Notes: generated by a model from the letters alone, not told the origin. Counted from the first letter of the stretch, positions 52,694 to 63,713 are shown. The stretch: 64,000 nucleotides of DNA from an uncultured bacterium (GCA_963732385.1 CAVSZB010000007.1:608001-672000); one strand, 5' to 3'. Program-made: numbers and translations.

Positions 52694-55237
52694 TCAGGCG
52701 TCGGCAACGACGATGTTCACCAGCTTGCCCGGCACCACGATCACCCTGCGGACCGGGCGACCGGCGATCAGTTCCGGTATCCGTCCGTGGCGCTGCGCGG
52801 CCGCCTCGATGCTGGCGCGATCGGCATCGACCGGGGACTCCATCTCGTCGCGAATCCGGCCGTTGATCTGCAGGACCAGCTTCACCGTGGTGCGCAGCAG
52901 CGCCGTTTCGTCCCACTGCGGCCACGGCTGGTCGAACACGCTCGGCAGCCCGCCGAGCCGCGTCCACAACTCTTCGCCCAGGTGCGGCGCGAACGGCGCG
53001 AGCATCCGGACCAGCGCGGCGAGCGCTTCGCGGTACGCCTCATCATCCAGCCCCGCCGCGTTGCGCCCGGCGTAGGCGTAGATGGCGTTGGTCAGCTCCA
53101 TCAGGCGGCTGAGCGCGGTGTTGAAATGGAACCGCTGCAGATCGACCGTGCAATGTTTGATCGACCCGTGCAGCCAGCGGCGCAACTCGGCCCGCCGGTC
53201 GGAGAGTTCGCCCGCCGGGATCGGCGGCGGCTCGAACGGCGCATCGCCGGCCGGCGAACGCCCCTCGGCAGCCGCGTCCAGCAGCCGCCAGACCCGGTGC
53301 AGATAGCGATGGATCCCCTCGATGCCGTCGTCCTTCCAGTCGCCGCCGGCTTCGAACGCGAACCCGAACATCAGGTAGACGCGCAGCGTGTCCGTGCCGT
53401 ACCGCCCGAGGTAGACCTCTGGGTTGACCACGTTGCCGCGCGACTTGGCCATCTTCTCGCCATCGCGGGTGATCAGCCCCTGGTGCACCAGTCGCTGGAA
53501 CGGCTCGTCGAACGCCAGGTGACCCTGGTCATGGAGGAATTTCGTGATGAAGCGGGAGTAGATCAGATGGCCGCAGGTGTGCTCCGGGCCGCCGACGTAC
53601 TGGTCCACCGGCAGCCAGGCGTTGACCAGCTCGCGGTCGAACGGCCGGTCGGCCAGATGCGGCGTAAGGTAGCGCAGGAAATACCACGAACTGCAGACGA
53701 AGGTGTCCATCGTATCGGGGTCGCGCTGCGCCGCCCCGCCGCAGCGCGGACAGGCCACATCCATGTAGGTGGGAGAACTGGCCAGCGGCGATTTGCCGTG
53801 CGGACGGAAATCGACATCGTCCGGCAGCCGGACCGGCAGCTCCAACTCCGGCACCGGGACCATGCCGCAGGCCGGGCAGTGCACGATCGGGATCGGCGCG
53901 CCCCAGTAGCGCTGGCGGCTGATCAGCCAGTCCCGCAGACGGTACTGCACCGTGGCGCGTCCCCGTCCCGTCGCGGCGAGATCGGCGGCGATCCTGGCCC
54001 CGCCCTCGGCGCTGGTGAGACCGTCGTAGGCGCCGGAGGCGGTCATGACGCCAGGCTCCGTGCGGGCCGCCGTCAGCGGCGCCGCGCCGTCCTCGTCCGG
54101 CCCCCGGATGACCCGTCGCACCGGCAGTCCGTGGACCGCCGCGAAAGCGAAGTCCCGCTCGTCGTGACCCGGCACCGCCATCACAGCGCCGGTGCCATAG
54201 GAGCCGATCACGTAGTCGGCCACCCAGACCGGCACCGCTTCGCCGTTGATCGGGTTGACGGCCACCGCGCCGGTGGCCACCCCGGTCTTCTCCCGGGTCG
54301 TGCTCGTGCGATCGATCTCGCTCAGCAGCGCGGCGCGCCGGGCGTACTCCGCCACGGCCTCCCGGCGCGACGACTCCGTCAGCGCGGCGACCAGCGGGTG
54401 CTCCGGCGCGAGCACCACGTAGGTGACCCCGAACAGCGTGTCCGGGCGGGTGGTGAACACCTGCAGCGGCGCCGCCCCGTCGGGGAGGGGGTCGAAACCG
54501 CTCGGCAACGCCTCCTGCAGGCTCGCGGCCGGCACGCCAAAGACGATCTCCGCCCCTTCGCTCCGTCCGATCCAGTTGATCTGGCGCTTCTTCGTCTCGG
54601 CCGGCCAGTCTATCCGATCGAGCCCCTCGATCAGGCGATCCGCGTAGTCGGTGATGCGGAAGCACCACTGCGTGAGCTTGCGCCGTGCGACGAGGCTCTG
54701 GCAACGCCAGCAGGCCCCCTCCTCCACCTGTTCGTTGGCCAGCACCGTCTGGCAGGAGTCGCACCAGTTGACCGGCATCTCGGCGCGATAGGCCAGCCCG
54801 GCGGCGTACAGCTGCAGGAAGAGCCACTGGTTCCACTTGTAGTACTCGGGACGGTGCGTGGCGATCTCGTGGTCGAAATCGTACATCGCCCCCATCGCCC
54901 GCAACTGTTCGCGGATGAAGGTGATGTTCTCCTCGGTGTGCCGCCCGGGCTGCACGCCGGTCTTGATCGCGAAATTCTCGGCCGGCAGCCCGAAACTGTC
55001 GTAGCCGATCGGCTCGAAGACGCGCGCCCCCTGCATGCGCCGGAACCGCGCCCAGGTATCTGCCGGCACGAAGTTGAACCAATGCCCCAGATGCAGCTTG
55101 TCCCCGGAGGGGTAGAGGAACATCACCAGGCAGTAGCACTTGTGCGCGGCGCGCGTGAGGTCCGTCCGGTGGAGACCGTCCATCTCCCAGCGCTGGCGCC
55201 AGCGGCTTTCGACCTCGGCGAAATTGTACTCGGCCAT
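52694..55237 (-). CDS. leuS: Leucine--tRNA ligase
   Basis: YPSGDKLHLGH (HIGH), FGLPAEN, NWIGRSEG, FTTRPDT, GTGAVMAVPGHDERD, RDWLISRQRYWG, KMAKS (KMSKS). Confidence 0.97.
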   Translation of the reverse strand: MAEYNFAEVESRWRQRWEMDGLHRTDLTRAAHKCYCLVMFLYPSGDKLHLGHWFNFVPADTWARFRRMQGARVFEPIGYDSFGLPAENFAIKTGVQPGRHTEENITFIREQLRAMGAMYDFDHEIATHRPEYYKWNQWLFLQLYAAGLAYRAEMPVNWCDSCQTVLANEQVEEGACWRCQSLVARRKLTQWCFRITDYADRLIEGLDRIDWPAETKKRQINWIGRSEGAEIVFGVPAASLQEALPSGFDPLPDGAAPLQVFTTRPDTLFGVTYVVLAPEHPLVAALTESSRREAVAEYARRAALLSEIDRTSTTREKTGVATGAVAVNPINGEAVPVWVADYVIGSYGTGAVMAVPGHDERDFAFAAVHGLPVRRVIRGPDEDGAAPLTAARTEPGVMTASGAYDGLTSAEGGARIAADLAATGRGRATVQYRLRDWLISRQRYWGAPIPIVHCPACGMVPVPELELPVRLPDDVDFRPHGKSPLASSPTYMDVACPRCGGAAQRDPDTMDTFVCSSWYFLRYLTPHLADRPFDRELVNAWLPVDQYVGGPEHTCGHLIYSRFITKFLHDQGHLAFDEPFQRLVHQGLITRDGEKMAKSRGNVVNPEVYLGRYGTDTLRVYLMFGFAFEAGGDWKDDGIEGIHRYLHRVWRLLDAAAEGRSPAGDAPFEPPPIPAGELSDRRAELRRWLHGSIKHCTVDLQRFHFNTALSRLMELTNAIYAYAGRNAAGLDDEAYREALAALVRMLAPFAPHLGEELWTRLGGLPSVFDQPWPQWDETALLRTTVKLVLQINGRIRDEMESPVDADRASIEAAAQRHGRIPELIAGRPVRRVIVVPGKLVNIVVADA

Positions 55238-55416
55238 GCTGTCCTTCCGGTCGGGCGACACCTGATAGCCGTCGCGCCGATCCCCGCACGGTCAGAAAAC
55301 TGTAAAGGGATGGGGCTGGGCGGTCGATTTTGGGAGTGCGCGATGGCGCAACGATAACCGCATTCCGGCCCCCGTTCCAGCGCGAATTCATCGCCGCGGG
55401 GCACCAAGGACGGCGC

Positions 55417-56346
55417 GTGTCCAGGATCAGGCTCGACGGTTACGCCGAAACGGTTCGTTCCGGCGCGCCGGTCGCCACGGCATCGCCCGTAGCGACCCTC
55501 GCGGGGGAGTACGGCGCGCGCGACATCGAACAGGCGATCCGCCGCCTGCCGCCGCTGCCGACCACCCTGGGCGACCTGGTCGACAAGCTGAACAATCCCG
55601 ACTCGAGCATTAGCGACATCACGTCGCGCATCCGCACCGATCCGTCGCTCACGACGCGCCTGCTGAGGATGGCCAACAGCGCCTTCTACGGCGCGCGCTC
55701 CTACATCACGGAAGTGGAGCGGGCCGTGATCGTGCTCGGGTTCCGCACCACGCGCAACCTGGTCGCGGCCGCCGCCGTGGCCAGCCATTTCTGCTCTTTC
55801 CAGAACATCCACAGCTTCTCCGCTCAGGGCATGTATCGGCACTCCCTGGCGACGGCTGTCTTCTGCCAGATGATCGCCTTGCGCGCCAACATCGGCGGGC
55901 TGACGCCGGAGGAGTACTTCGTTGCGGGGCTCCTGCACGATATCGGACGCATCCCCCTCGCTCAGCACTACAAACGCCACCGCCCACAGTTCGAGGAGAC
56001 GCCCCACGACGTGGCGGCACAGCACGCGCTGGAGAGGGAACTGTTCGGGATCGACCATGCCGCCGTCGGCGGGATGGTGGCTGAGCACTGGAAACTGCCG
56101 GAAATGTACCGCGAAATCATCACCGGGCATCACGATGCGACAGCGCTCGCCGCCAGCCGTTTCACAGCGCTGGTGGCGCTGGGCGACCGCTGGGTGAACG
56201 CCCAGGGCATCGGCCGCAGCGAACCGTTCGACACCCTGGGCGAGGCGGCGGATCTGGCGGTCCGCGCCGGCGTGGAGACCGCTCTGATCGAGGAGATCGC
56301 GCCGGAACTTCGCAAGGAACTCGAACTCTATCTGACGGCCATGTAG
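55417..56346 (+). CDS. HDOD domain protein
   Basis: LPPLP, DPSLTTRLLRMANSAFYG, HSLATA, AGLLHDIG, DHAAVG, HWKLP, HH; start approximate. Confidence 0.9.
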   Translation: MSRIRLDGYAETVRSGAPVATASPVATLAGEYGARDIEQAIRRLPPLPTTLGDLVDKLNNPDSSISDITSRIRTDPSLTTRLLRMANSAFYGARSYITEVERAVIVLGFRTTRNLVAAAAVASHFCSFQNIHSFSAQGMYRHSLATAVFCQMIALRANIGGLTPEEYFVAGLLHDIGRIPLAQHYKRHRPQFEETPHDVAAQHALERELFGIDHAAVGGMVAEHWKLPEMYREIITGHHDATALAASRFTALVALGDRWVNAQGIGRSEPFDTLGEAADLAVRAGVETALIEEIAPELRKELELYLTAM

Positions 56347-56361
56347 AGCCGTCCCGGGGCC

Positions 56362-58155
56362 ATGAACGAAACATCCGTCCGCGAAAAGATTCACACCGTC
56401 CCCCTCCCTGGCGCCGCGCTGCGCCGTCTCGGCGAGGCGCTCGGGCTGAAACCGCACTATGAAGCGCTCGACCGGCTGCTCGCCGAGCAGTTCGGCGTCG
56501 CGCGCTGGATCAACTGTCTGGTGGGCGATGACGGGGCGCCGCTGCCGGTGGCCTCCGCAACGCCCGGCGCCAAACCGGACGCGCGCGAGGTCGAACTGCT
56601 CGACCCTTCCGCGGTGCGGGGGCGCAGCCTCCTGCCGGGCGTGGCGCTCGACGCGCTGCCCAGCGGGCCCTTCACCCTTCCCCCGGCGGCCCGCCCTTAC
56701 CAGGCCGGTCTCGCCTACCGCTTCCGCCACCGGACGCTCGGCGTGCTGCTCGTGGAGATGAACGCCGACGCGGCCCCGACCCCGGAATTGCTGACCACGC
56801 TGGCCGCGCTGGTGGAGGAGGCGTTCGCACCCCTCTGCTTCCGTGAGCACACGATCGAGCAGGTTTTCCAGGAGAAGGCTCTCTTCAGCGCAAAGCTGGA
56901 GTACCTCGGCGAGATGGGACGACTGGCGGGGGATCTCGACCTCAAGGTCCTGCTCAACAAGATCATGGAACTGACCATGGAGTTCGCGGGGGCCGAAGTC
57001 GGTTCGCTGGTGCTGATCGAGGACGAACAGCCGCAGACCAGACTGGACTGGGGCCTGCCGCACGAGGCGCTGCTCTCGCTCACCGACCGAGACGGCGAAC
57101 CGCTCATTTTCCAGACCATCGGTCGGTCCGAGCCGCTCTGGCTAGAGGCGGGCGAATTCCTGGTCCCGCCGCAGATGCCCTACCGCTTCCAGCGCCTGGC
57201 GATCCTGCCGCTGCGCACGCGCGACAGCTGGCTGGGCGCGGTTTGTCTCGTCACCTCCAGCCCGAGCGCCGCCTTCCATCCCGGCAAGCTCGACGGCCTC
57301 AGCGCCGGAATCAGTCTCGCGGCGACGGCCCTCGACAACGGGCGTCTGTTCCAGGTCAAGCTAGAGCGCCAGCGCGAGATGCGGAACATGGAGATCGCGA
57401 GCGACATCCAGAAGGCGCTGCTCCCACGCGCGATTCCCGACCTGCAGGGGGTGGCGGTCGTCGGCACGAACGTCGCGGCGCGGATGATCGGCGGCGACTA
57501 CTACGACTTCTTCCCCTTCCCGGACGGCAGCCTCGGCCTGATCGTGGCCGACGTCGCCGGCAAGGGAGTGGCGGCCTCGCTCATCATGACCTCCACGCGC
57601 ATGCTGATCCGCAGCATCGCCGGGCCCGACGTCACCGTAGAGGAAGTGATCCGTCGCACCAACCTGATGCTGCAGGCCGAGGCGTGCGGCGGCCAGTTCG
57701 TCACCGCAAACTACGTGCGCATCGATCCCCACCGGCTGGTCATGGAGATCTGCACCGCCGGTCACGAGCCGGTCATCGTCTACCGACCCGGCGAGTCGCG
57801 GTTCCTGTTCGCCGAAAGCCGCGCGCTGCCGCTCGGCATCACCCCCGACGCGGTCTACACCCGCGAGGTCATCCCGCTGGCGCCGGGCGATCTCGTGTTT
57901 CTCTATACCGACGGCATCAACGAAGCGATGAACAAGGAGCGGGAGCAGTTCGGAATCGGTCGTCTGCAGGAGACGATCCGGGGTGCCTATCCCGACACGA
58001 TCGAAGCGGTCATGAACACGATCCTTACCGCCGTGGACTGGCACAGCGCCGGCATGCCGCGCCATGACGACACAACCATCGTCGTGGCGCAGGTGCGTCC
58101 CGACGCGCCCCTGGACCCGAGAGGAGGCGTTGTCTCAGACAACGAAAAACCATGA
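56362..58155 (+). CDS. PP2C/SpoIIE (RsbU-like) Ser phosphatase with GAF-like domain(s)
   Basis: ASDIQKALLP, GGDYYD, VADVAGKG, AGHEP, LYTDGINEA, DDTT. Confidence 0.93.
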   Translation: MNETSVREKIHTVPLPGAALRRLGEALGLKPHYEALDRLLAEQFGVARWINCLVGDDGAPLPVASATPGAKPDAREVELLDPSAVRGRSLLPGVALDALPSGPFTLPPAARPYQAGLAYRFRHRTLGVLLVEMNADAAPTPELLTTLAALVEEAFAPLCFREHTIEQVFQEKALFSAKLEYLGEMGRLAGDLDLKVLLNKIMELTMEFAGAEVGSLVLIEDEQPQTRLDWGLPHEALLSLTDRDGEPLIFQTIGRSEPLWLEAGEFLVPPQMPYRFQRLAILPLRTRDSWLGAVCLVTSSPSAAFHPGKLDGLSAGISLAATALDNGRLFQVKLERQREMRNMEIASDIQKALLPRAIPDLQGVAVVGTNVAARMIGGDYYDFFPFPDGSLGLIVADVAGKGVAASLIMTSTRMLIRSIAGPDVTVEEVIRRTNLMLQAEACGGQFVTANYVRIDPHRLVMEICTAGHEPVIVYRPGESRFLFAESRALPLGITPDAVYTREVIPLAPGDLVFLYTDGINEAMNKEREQFGIGRLQETIRGAYPDTIEAVMNTILTAVDWHSAGMPRHDDTTIVVAQVRPDAPLDPRGGVVSDNEKP

Positions 58156-58499
58156 CGACTTCCGCCACCGCAGAAGCCATCCACGTGCTCGATCCCACCG
58201 ATCACATCGACATCGGCAATGCGTTCGAATTCCGGGCCTCCCTGCAGGAAATGCTGGCCCGCGGCAAAACCAGGGTCGTGATCAACCTGGCAGCCGTGCA
58301 GTACATCGACAGCGCCGGCCTGAGCGCCCTGATGGCCGTCGTGCACAGCTTCACGGCCGGCGGCGGCGCCGTCCGGCTCTGCGGCGCGCAGCCGGCGGTG
58401 CTGAAGATCCTGCAGTTGACGCGACTCGACGAGTACCTGCCGCTCGACACCACGATCGAGGAGTCGCGGGCGCGTCTCGCGCCGGACCCGAACGCATAG
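58152..58499 (+). CDS. STAS-domain anti-sigma-factor antagonist (RsbV/SpoIIAA-like)
   Basis: VVINLAAVQYIDSAGL with the conserved phosphoacceptor Ser; ATGA overlap with the phosphatase gene. Confidence 0.92.
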   Translation: MTTSATAEAIHVLDPTDHIDIGNAFEFRASLQEMLARGKTRVVINLAAVQYIDSAGLSALMAVVHSFTAGGGAVRLCGAQPAVLKILQLTRLDEYLPLDTTIEESRARLAPDPNA

Positions 58500-58519
58500 G
58501 CGATCGCCGGCCCGGTCCC

Positions 58520-61500
58520 TCAGCGCGCCACCACGACGCGCCCCCTGAGCACCCCGCCCGGGTGCGTCAGGACCACCAGGTAGGCGCCGGCCGCCACGGG
58601 GCGGCCGTCGTCGCCGCGAGCATCCCAGGCGAGAACCCCCGTTTCCGCCAGATTCCCCGTGGCCAGCCGCCGGACGCGCCGGCCGCGCAGATCGTACACT
58701 TCCAGACACCGCGGACCGTTGGCCGGGATGCCGCGCCAGGCCACGCGCAGACGACCGGCCGCGGGGTTGGGCGAGACCGTGAGCACACCGCGCGACAATA
58801 CGACCGGCCCTGCGGTCCCGGTCGGAGCGGACTCGGAGAGTGGGCAGGCGCCGCTGTTGCGTCCGTCACCGCGGACGCCGACCCAGTTCGCGCCCTCGCC
58901 GCGGGGAAGCGCCCCCACCTGCGCGGTCAACGCGGCACCGACCGCGGTTACGCGGACCCAGCCGGTCCCGTCCCGGGTCGACATCAGAGCTGCGCCAAGA
59001 CCGGGCGGCACCACTGCGAGCGGCCCGCCCACGGCCTGGGGGGACCGCTCCGCGCCCACGATTCCTGTCCCCTCCGTCAGCCAGCCGAGACAGGCTCCCC
59101 TCAGATTCGGGGTGCCGGCGATTAGTTCCTCCCAGCCGATCCCCGCCAAAAACTGCGGTTCCGGCGCCGACGACCCGTTGCTGTTCCAGGCGAGCGGCGC
59201 CGGCAGCAGGGTCCAGCGAGGCTGCAGATTGCCATCGGACGTGAACCCCTTCACCAGCACGCCCGCCAGCGGCGTGGCGCTGACCAGCCCGTCGGCCGAC
59301 AGACAGATCGAGGCCAGCCGCCAGCGCAGGGAATCGTGCGCGACCCCGGTGACATAGAGCCCCTGCACGACCACCCGGGGCCCCCCCCGACCGTCTCACG
59401 ATAGACGGCCGGATCGGACAGTGACAGCCAGCGTCCACCGTCGGGCGCCTGGGCCTCGGCACCGTCGCCCGCCGCGGCGACCCCGTTCCCCCGCAGAATC
59501 CGGAACACGACTTCGCGCTGCTCCAGCCCGGCCGGATGCACGAGCACGATCTCGTGCCGGCCATCACCGTCGCGGTCCGCCAGCACCGGGGCACGCAGTC
59601 CGGACACCGCCAGTGTGACCGGCCAGCCCGGCAGCAGTCCGGCATCGCCCGCAACCGTGATCCGCCCGCTGGGAAATGCGACCACATACTCTTCGCCCGG
59701 CTCTCCGTCGAGCTGTCCTACTGCGGGGGGGAGCGGCTCCGTGCCATCAAGCGCGAGCGTCGCCACGATTGCGCCGGCCGGCGTCACCCGCTTCAGGATT
59801 CCGGTCGGGCTGACGACCGCGACCTCACGCCCGCCGTCGAACCGCTCCCGACCGACCGGCGCCGTGAGCGGGACATTCGCGGAAGCCGCGTCGACAACCA
59901 TGTAACTGCCGGAGGCGCCCAGCAGGTAAAGCTTGCCGAACGCCGAGGCGACCGCGATTTCGTCACCCGGCAGAGCGTCGAGATTCCAGACCAGCGGCGC
60001 CGTGAGAGGACCCTGCAGATTCGTGGGGAGGAAGATGGAGACCGGCCAGCCGACGCGCTCGTGCCCCGTTCCGTCGAGCGCGTGCACCAATCGGGCCTGT
60101 GGATCGATCGTGGCCGCCCCGGTGCAGATGAGCGTGGGCGTGCCGGTCGCCCCGAGAACGCCGGCGACCGGCCAGCCAGCCAGACCGCCACCGAGGGTGG
60201 CGGACCAGGCCGGGTCGGTCGATTCCGCCGGGTCGGTCAGGGTGATGGTGACGCGTCCGGTGCCTGACAGCCTTTTCACCACCACGAAACAGAAGCCCTG
60301 TTCCGGAGTCCGGAAGCTGCCCAGCTCCCGCCCACCCATGCCAGCCGCGTCGACCCGGATCGACGGCAGCCCCTCACCCGGGTCGAGCAGACGGCGGATA
60401 TCGTGGATCTCGAGCCCCACGTCGAGACCAACCGAAGGCACCGCCTCCACCACGCACTGCCGGTCCGGCTGCAGGGACAGCCGCCGCGCCACGCTCCGCC
60501 GCCCCGCGGTGCCACCGAGCGAATCGACGGCCGAGCCCCCGCCCGGCAACGGCGCCAGAAGCGCCTCGATGGCGGCCGGCACCTGGAGCAGCCCCCAGCC
60601 CCGCACGCTGTCGGGCACGGCCAGCCAGGGCGCTAGCGCCAGCCGCGCCGCGCCGTCTGGCGTCTCGGACACCAGCACCGGCGCGGCGGTTCCGCGCAGC
60701 AGGGCCGAAACCAGATCGCCGACAACCGCACCTTCGTCGGGCCACCCCTCCTTGCGCAGTGCCTCCAACACGAGGAACTCCCCCGCCGCCACGTGGGCCG
60801 CCGCGAGCGAGGTGCCTCGCCGTTCCGACGTGCTGTCATCGGGCTCATTGTCGGTCGTGCAAATGCCGCCGGCCGCCTGCAGCACGCCGCCGCCGGGAGC
60901 CACGAGATCAGGCTTCCTGTCTGGCGGCAGACCGTGTCCGCTCGTGCCGGCGAGTTCGCCGGCATCATTGACCGCCCCCACACCGACCACCGATGGCAGC
61001 CGGGCCGGGTAGCCGGGCGGCAATATGGCGCCTCCGTTACCCATAGCCGCCACGACCAGGATGCCGGCGGCGCGCAACTCGTCCATCGCCGCGCCAAGGC
61101 CGAGATCGAGGTCCCAGTTGACCGCGCAGAGCGCGACCCGCACCCGGCACTGCGCGCGGTGATCCAGCAGCCAGGCGCAGGCGGCCAGGAAATCCCCCTG
61201 CCACTGACGCCACACGCCGTCGAAGTCATAGAACTTGACGATCGTCAGCCGGCCCGAGGGGGCCAGACCGCGATACCGTACGTCGAGTTCGCCTGCTCCG
61301 GCGACGACTCCCGCCAGGGCCGTGCCGTGCCAGTGGTAATCCCACGGTCCGGCGGCGAGCGGGAAATCATCCGTAACGTCGTGCCAGCCGACCACTTTGT
61401 ATTCGAGGAACAGGGGCCACCCGAACTCTGCGGAGCTCCAGTCGAGGGCATCCCCGACGAGGGGCGGCGGACCATCGCGGTTGTCGTGCGAGAAATCGCC

Positions 61501-62151
61501 GAGATCGTCGTGCGCCGTATCGCAGCCGGAGTCGAGGATCGCAACCGAAGCTGTCCAGTCCCCTTCCAAACGCCACTGCCCCGCGCGGGCCAACGACACT
61601 CCGCAAAGCACGCTGCTCCGATCCAGCGCCGGCGTGCCGTCCCGGTCCAGCACCAGCCGGCCCGAGAGGGGCGCCGCAAGCAGCGCCCGCAGACCGACCG
61701 GATCGACCGCCAGCGCCTCCACGCCGCCGAACCGCGACAACCGGTGCAGCACCCGCACCACGCCGCCCGCCGCGCGGGCGTCCGCCGCTGCCGTCGCCAC
61801 GCCCTCCGCGTTTCCGCCGAGCCGCAGCAGACGCAACTCGCCCCGTGCCAGCGGCCCGGGTGCGGGGAGGGGGACATGGGCCGGCCAATGACCCAGCTTC
61901 GCGGCAGGATCCTCCTGGTCGGCACTGGCGCGCGCGACCAGTTCAGCCCAGCCGGCGCGACCCGCACCCCAGTCGTCGAGCAGATCCTCGACTCCGTTAT
62001 CGTCAAGATCGAGCGGACCGGCAGACGCCGCCCAAGCGGGACGACCCTCTCCATCCATCAGACAGCAGGCGACGAGCAGGCAGAGGGAAAGCGCGACTCC
62101 CGGGCTCGGCGGCACCCGAAGTCGCCGGACTGCCCGCCTTTGGTATGACAT
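58520..62151 (-). CDS. S8 (subtilisin-like) serine peptidase with FG-GAP-like repeats and a C-terminal FlgD-Ig/T9SS-type domain; 1-nt frameshift at the G8 run 59381-59388
   Basis: Catalytic triad ILDSG, HGT, GTSLAA; KPDLVAPG; GWPV repeats and DRDGDGRHEI; C-terminal SPNP...VYDLRGRRV...WDARG...GAY lies in another frame and one extra G joins them. Confidence 0.85.
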
Positions 62152-62217
62152 CGGCACCCTCCGGGGTCGGCTGCGGGGGGGACGGTCTGCGCCGGCGAAT
62201 GCGGCCAAACCTTTTTG

Positions 62218-62247
62218 AACCTACGGTCACCCCCGGTCGTCTGTCAA
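62218..62247 (-). promoter_or_regulatory. Putative sigma70 promoter of the S8 peptidase gene
   Basis: TTGACA-N18-TAGGTT in the yraN-S8 intergenic region. Confidence 0.5.
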
Positions 62248-62303
62248 CGCGGGGCCACCGCCGTCCTGCGGCGCGGAGCCGCCGTGTGACGGCCCGACGC
62301 GCT

Positions 62304-62672
62304 TCACCGGACCCCAGCGAAATGTTCGAGGCGGCAACCGCGCCCCTCCCCCTCGAAGGTGATCGCCACGACATCGAAGCGGAAACTGCGACTTCCATCG
62401 CCGCCCCGCTCCGCCAGGAATGCCGCGGCCAGGCGGCGCAGGCGCGCCATTTTCGCGGGCGTGACCGCCTCCTCGGGCCGACCGCAGGCATTTCCGCGGC
62501 GCGTCTTGACCTCCACGAATACGAGCAGATCGTCCCGACGCAGTACGAGATCGATCTCCCCATGGCGGGTGCGATGACGGTGCGCCACGAGGCGATAGCC
62601 GCACGCTTCGAGATGGAGGCGGGCCCATTCCTCGCCCAGTCGCCCGAGCGCGGCGGGTGCGACGCCAGGCAC
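62304..62672 (-). CDS. yraN: YraN family (UPF0102) putative endonuclease
   Basis: LGRLGEE.A, GEIDLV, LVFVEVKTR, RFDVVAI; follows rnhB. Confidence 0.92.
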   Translation of the reverse strand: MPGVAPAALGRLGEEWARLHLEACGYRLVAHRHRTRHGEIDLVLRRDDLLVFVEVKTRRGNACGRPEEAVTPAKMARLRRLAAAFLAERGGDGSRSFRFDVVAITFEGEGRGCRLEHFAGVR

Positions 62673-62697
62673 GGCGTCTCCTTGCCGGGAGGTCGGT

Positions 62698-63363
62698 TCA
62701 GTCGGCGGCGGCGCTGTCCCAGAGCAGACCCTGGGCCAGTTCGCTGACCGGGCGGTAGGAACGGCGATGCAGCAGGCAGGGGCCGAGACGGCGCAGCGCG
62801 GCGCGATGCTCGGCGGATCCATAGCCTTTGTGGGAGGCGAAGCCGTAGCCGGGCAGACGCGCGTCCCATGCGCGCATGAGACGGTCGCGGGTGACCTTGG
62901 CCACCACCGAGGCGGCCGCCACGGCGGCGCTGCGTCCGTCGCCGCGCACCAGCGTTTCGCCCCGGCACGGCAGATCCGGCAACTGGAGCCCGTCCACGAG
63001 GACCAGGTCTGGAGACGGCGCGACGCGCGCCACGGCGCGCGCCATGGCCTGCAGCGTGGCACCCAGGATGTTGAGGCGATCGATCTCGGCGGGGGACACC
63101 GCACAGGCGCGCCAGGCGAGGGCGCCGGCGCAAATCGCCCGGAAGATTGCTTCCCGACGTTCGGCGCCCAGGCGCTTGGAGTCGTCGAGACCGTCTGGCG
63201 CCCAGCCGGGAGGCAGGACCACCGCCGCCGCCACGACGGGGCCGGCCCAGCAGCCGCGCCCCGCCTCGTCGACGCCGGCGAGTCTCAGCCTGCCGTCCAA
63301 CGACCGCTCGCGGTCGAACGCGATCAGGCTGCCCACCACCCCGCGGGACGAGCCGCCGCTCAC
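62698..63363 (-). CDS. rnhB: Ribonuclease HII
   Basis: AGVDEAGRG, LDDSK, EIDRLNI, LVDG, AAASVVAKVTRD, HKGYG, HRRSY. Confidence 0.96.
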   Translation of the reverse strand: MSGGSSRGVVGSLIAFDRERSLDGRLRLAGVDEAGRGCWAGPVVAAAVVLPPGWAPDGLDDSKRLGAERREAIFRAICAGALAWRACAVSPAEIDRLNILGATLQAMARAVARVAPSPDLVLVDGLQLPDLPCRGETLVRGDGRSAAVAAASVVAKVTRDRLMRAWDARLPGYGFASHKGYGSAEHRAALRRLGPCLLHRRSYRPVSELAQGLLWDSAAAD

Positions 63364-63713
63364 TGGCTGGAGCGGGTCTTTTCCCGAATGCGAGCCTGCT
63401 TGCCGGTCTTCCCGCGCAGGTAGAACAGCTTCGCGCGACGCACCCGCCCCTGCTTCTTGAGCACCAGCGAATCGAGTGCCGGCGCCTGCAGCGGAAAGAC
63501 ACGCTCCACGGCCACGCCGTTGGAGATCTTCCGCACGGTCACGGAGGCCTCGCGCCCCGTGCCCTGCCGAGCGATGACCACGCCTTCGAACGCCTGCACG
63601 CGCGTCTTGTTGCCCTCCTGGATCCGCACGTTCAGGACGACCGTGTCGCCGATCCCGAATTCGGGCAGGTCCGTACGCAGATCGTCGCTGCGGAGGGAGT
63701 CAATGATGTTCAT
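63360..63713 (-). CDS. rplS: 50S ribosomal protein L19
   Basis: GDTV, RVQAFEGVVIAR, TVRKISNGVAVERVFP, GRVRRAKLFYLR. Confidence 0.98.
   Translation of the reverse strand: MNIIDSLRSDDLRTDLPEFGIGDTVVLNVRIQEGNKTRVQAFEGVVIARQGTGREASVTVRKISNGVAVERVFPLQAPALDSLVLKKQGRVRRAKLFYLRGKTGKQARIREKTRSSQ

Noticed and set aside
52659..52967. N-terminal extension of the 2271-aa ORF call
   Set aside because: Overlaps the leuS 3' end in another frame; the ATG at 52658 has a good RBS.
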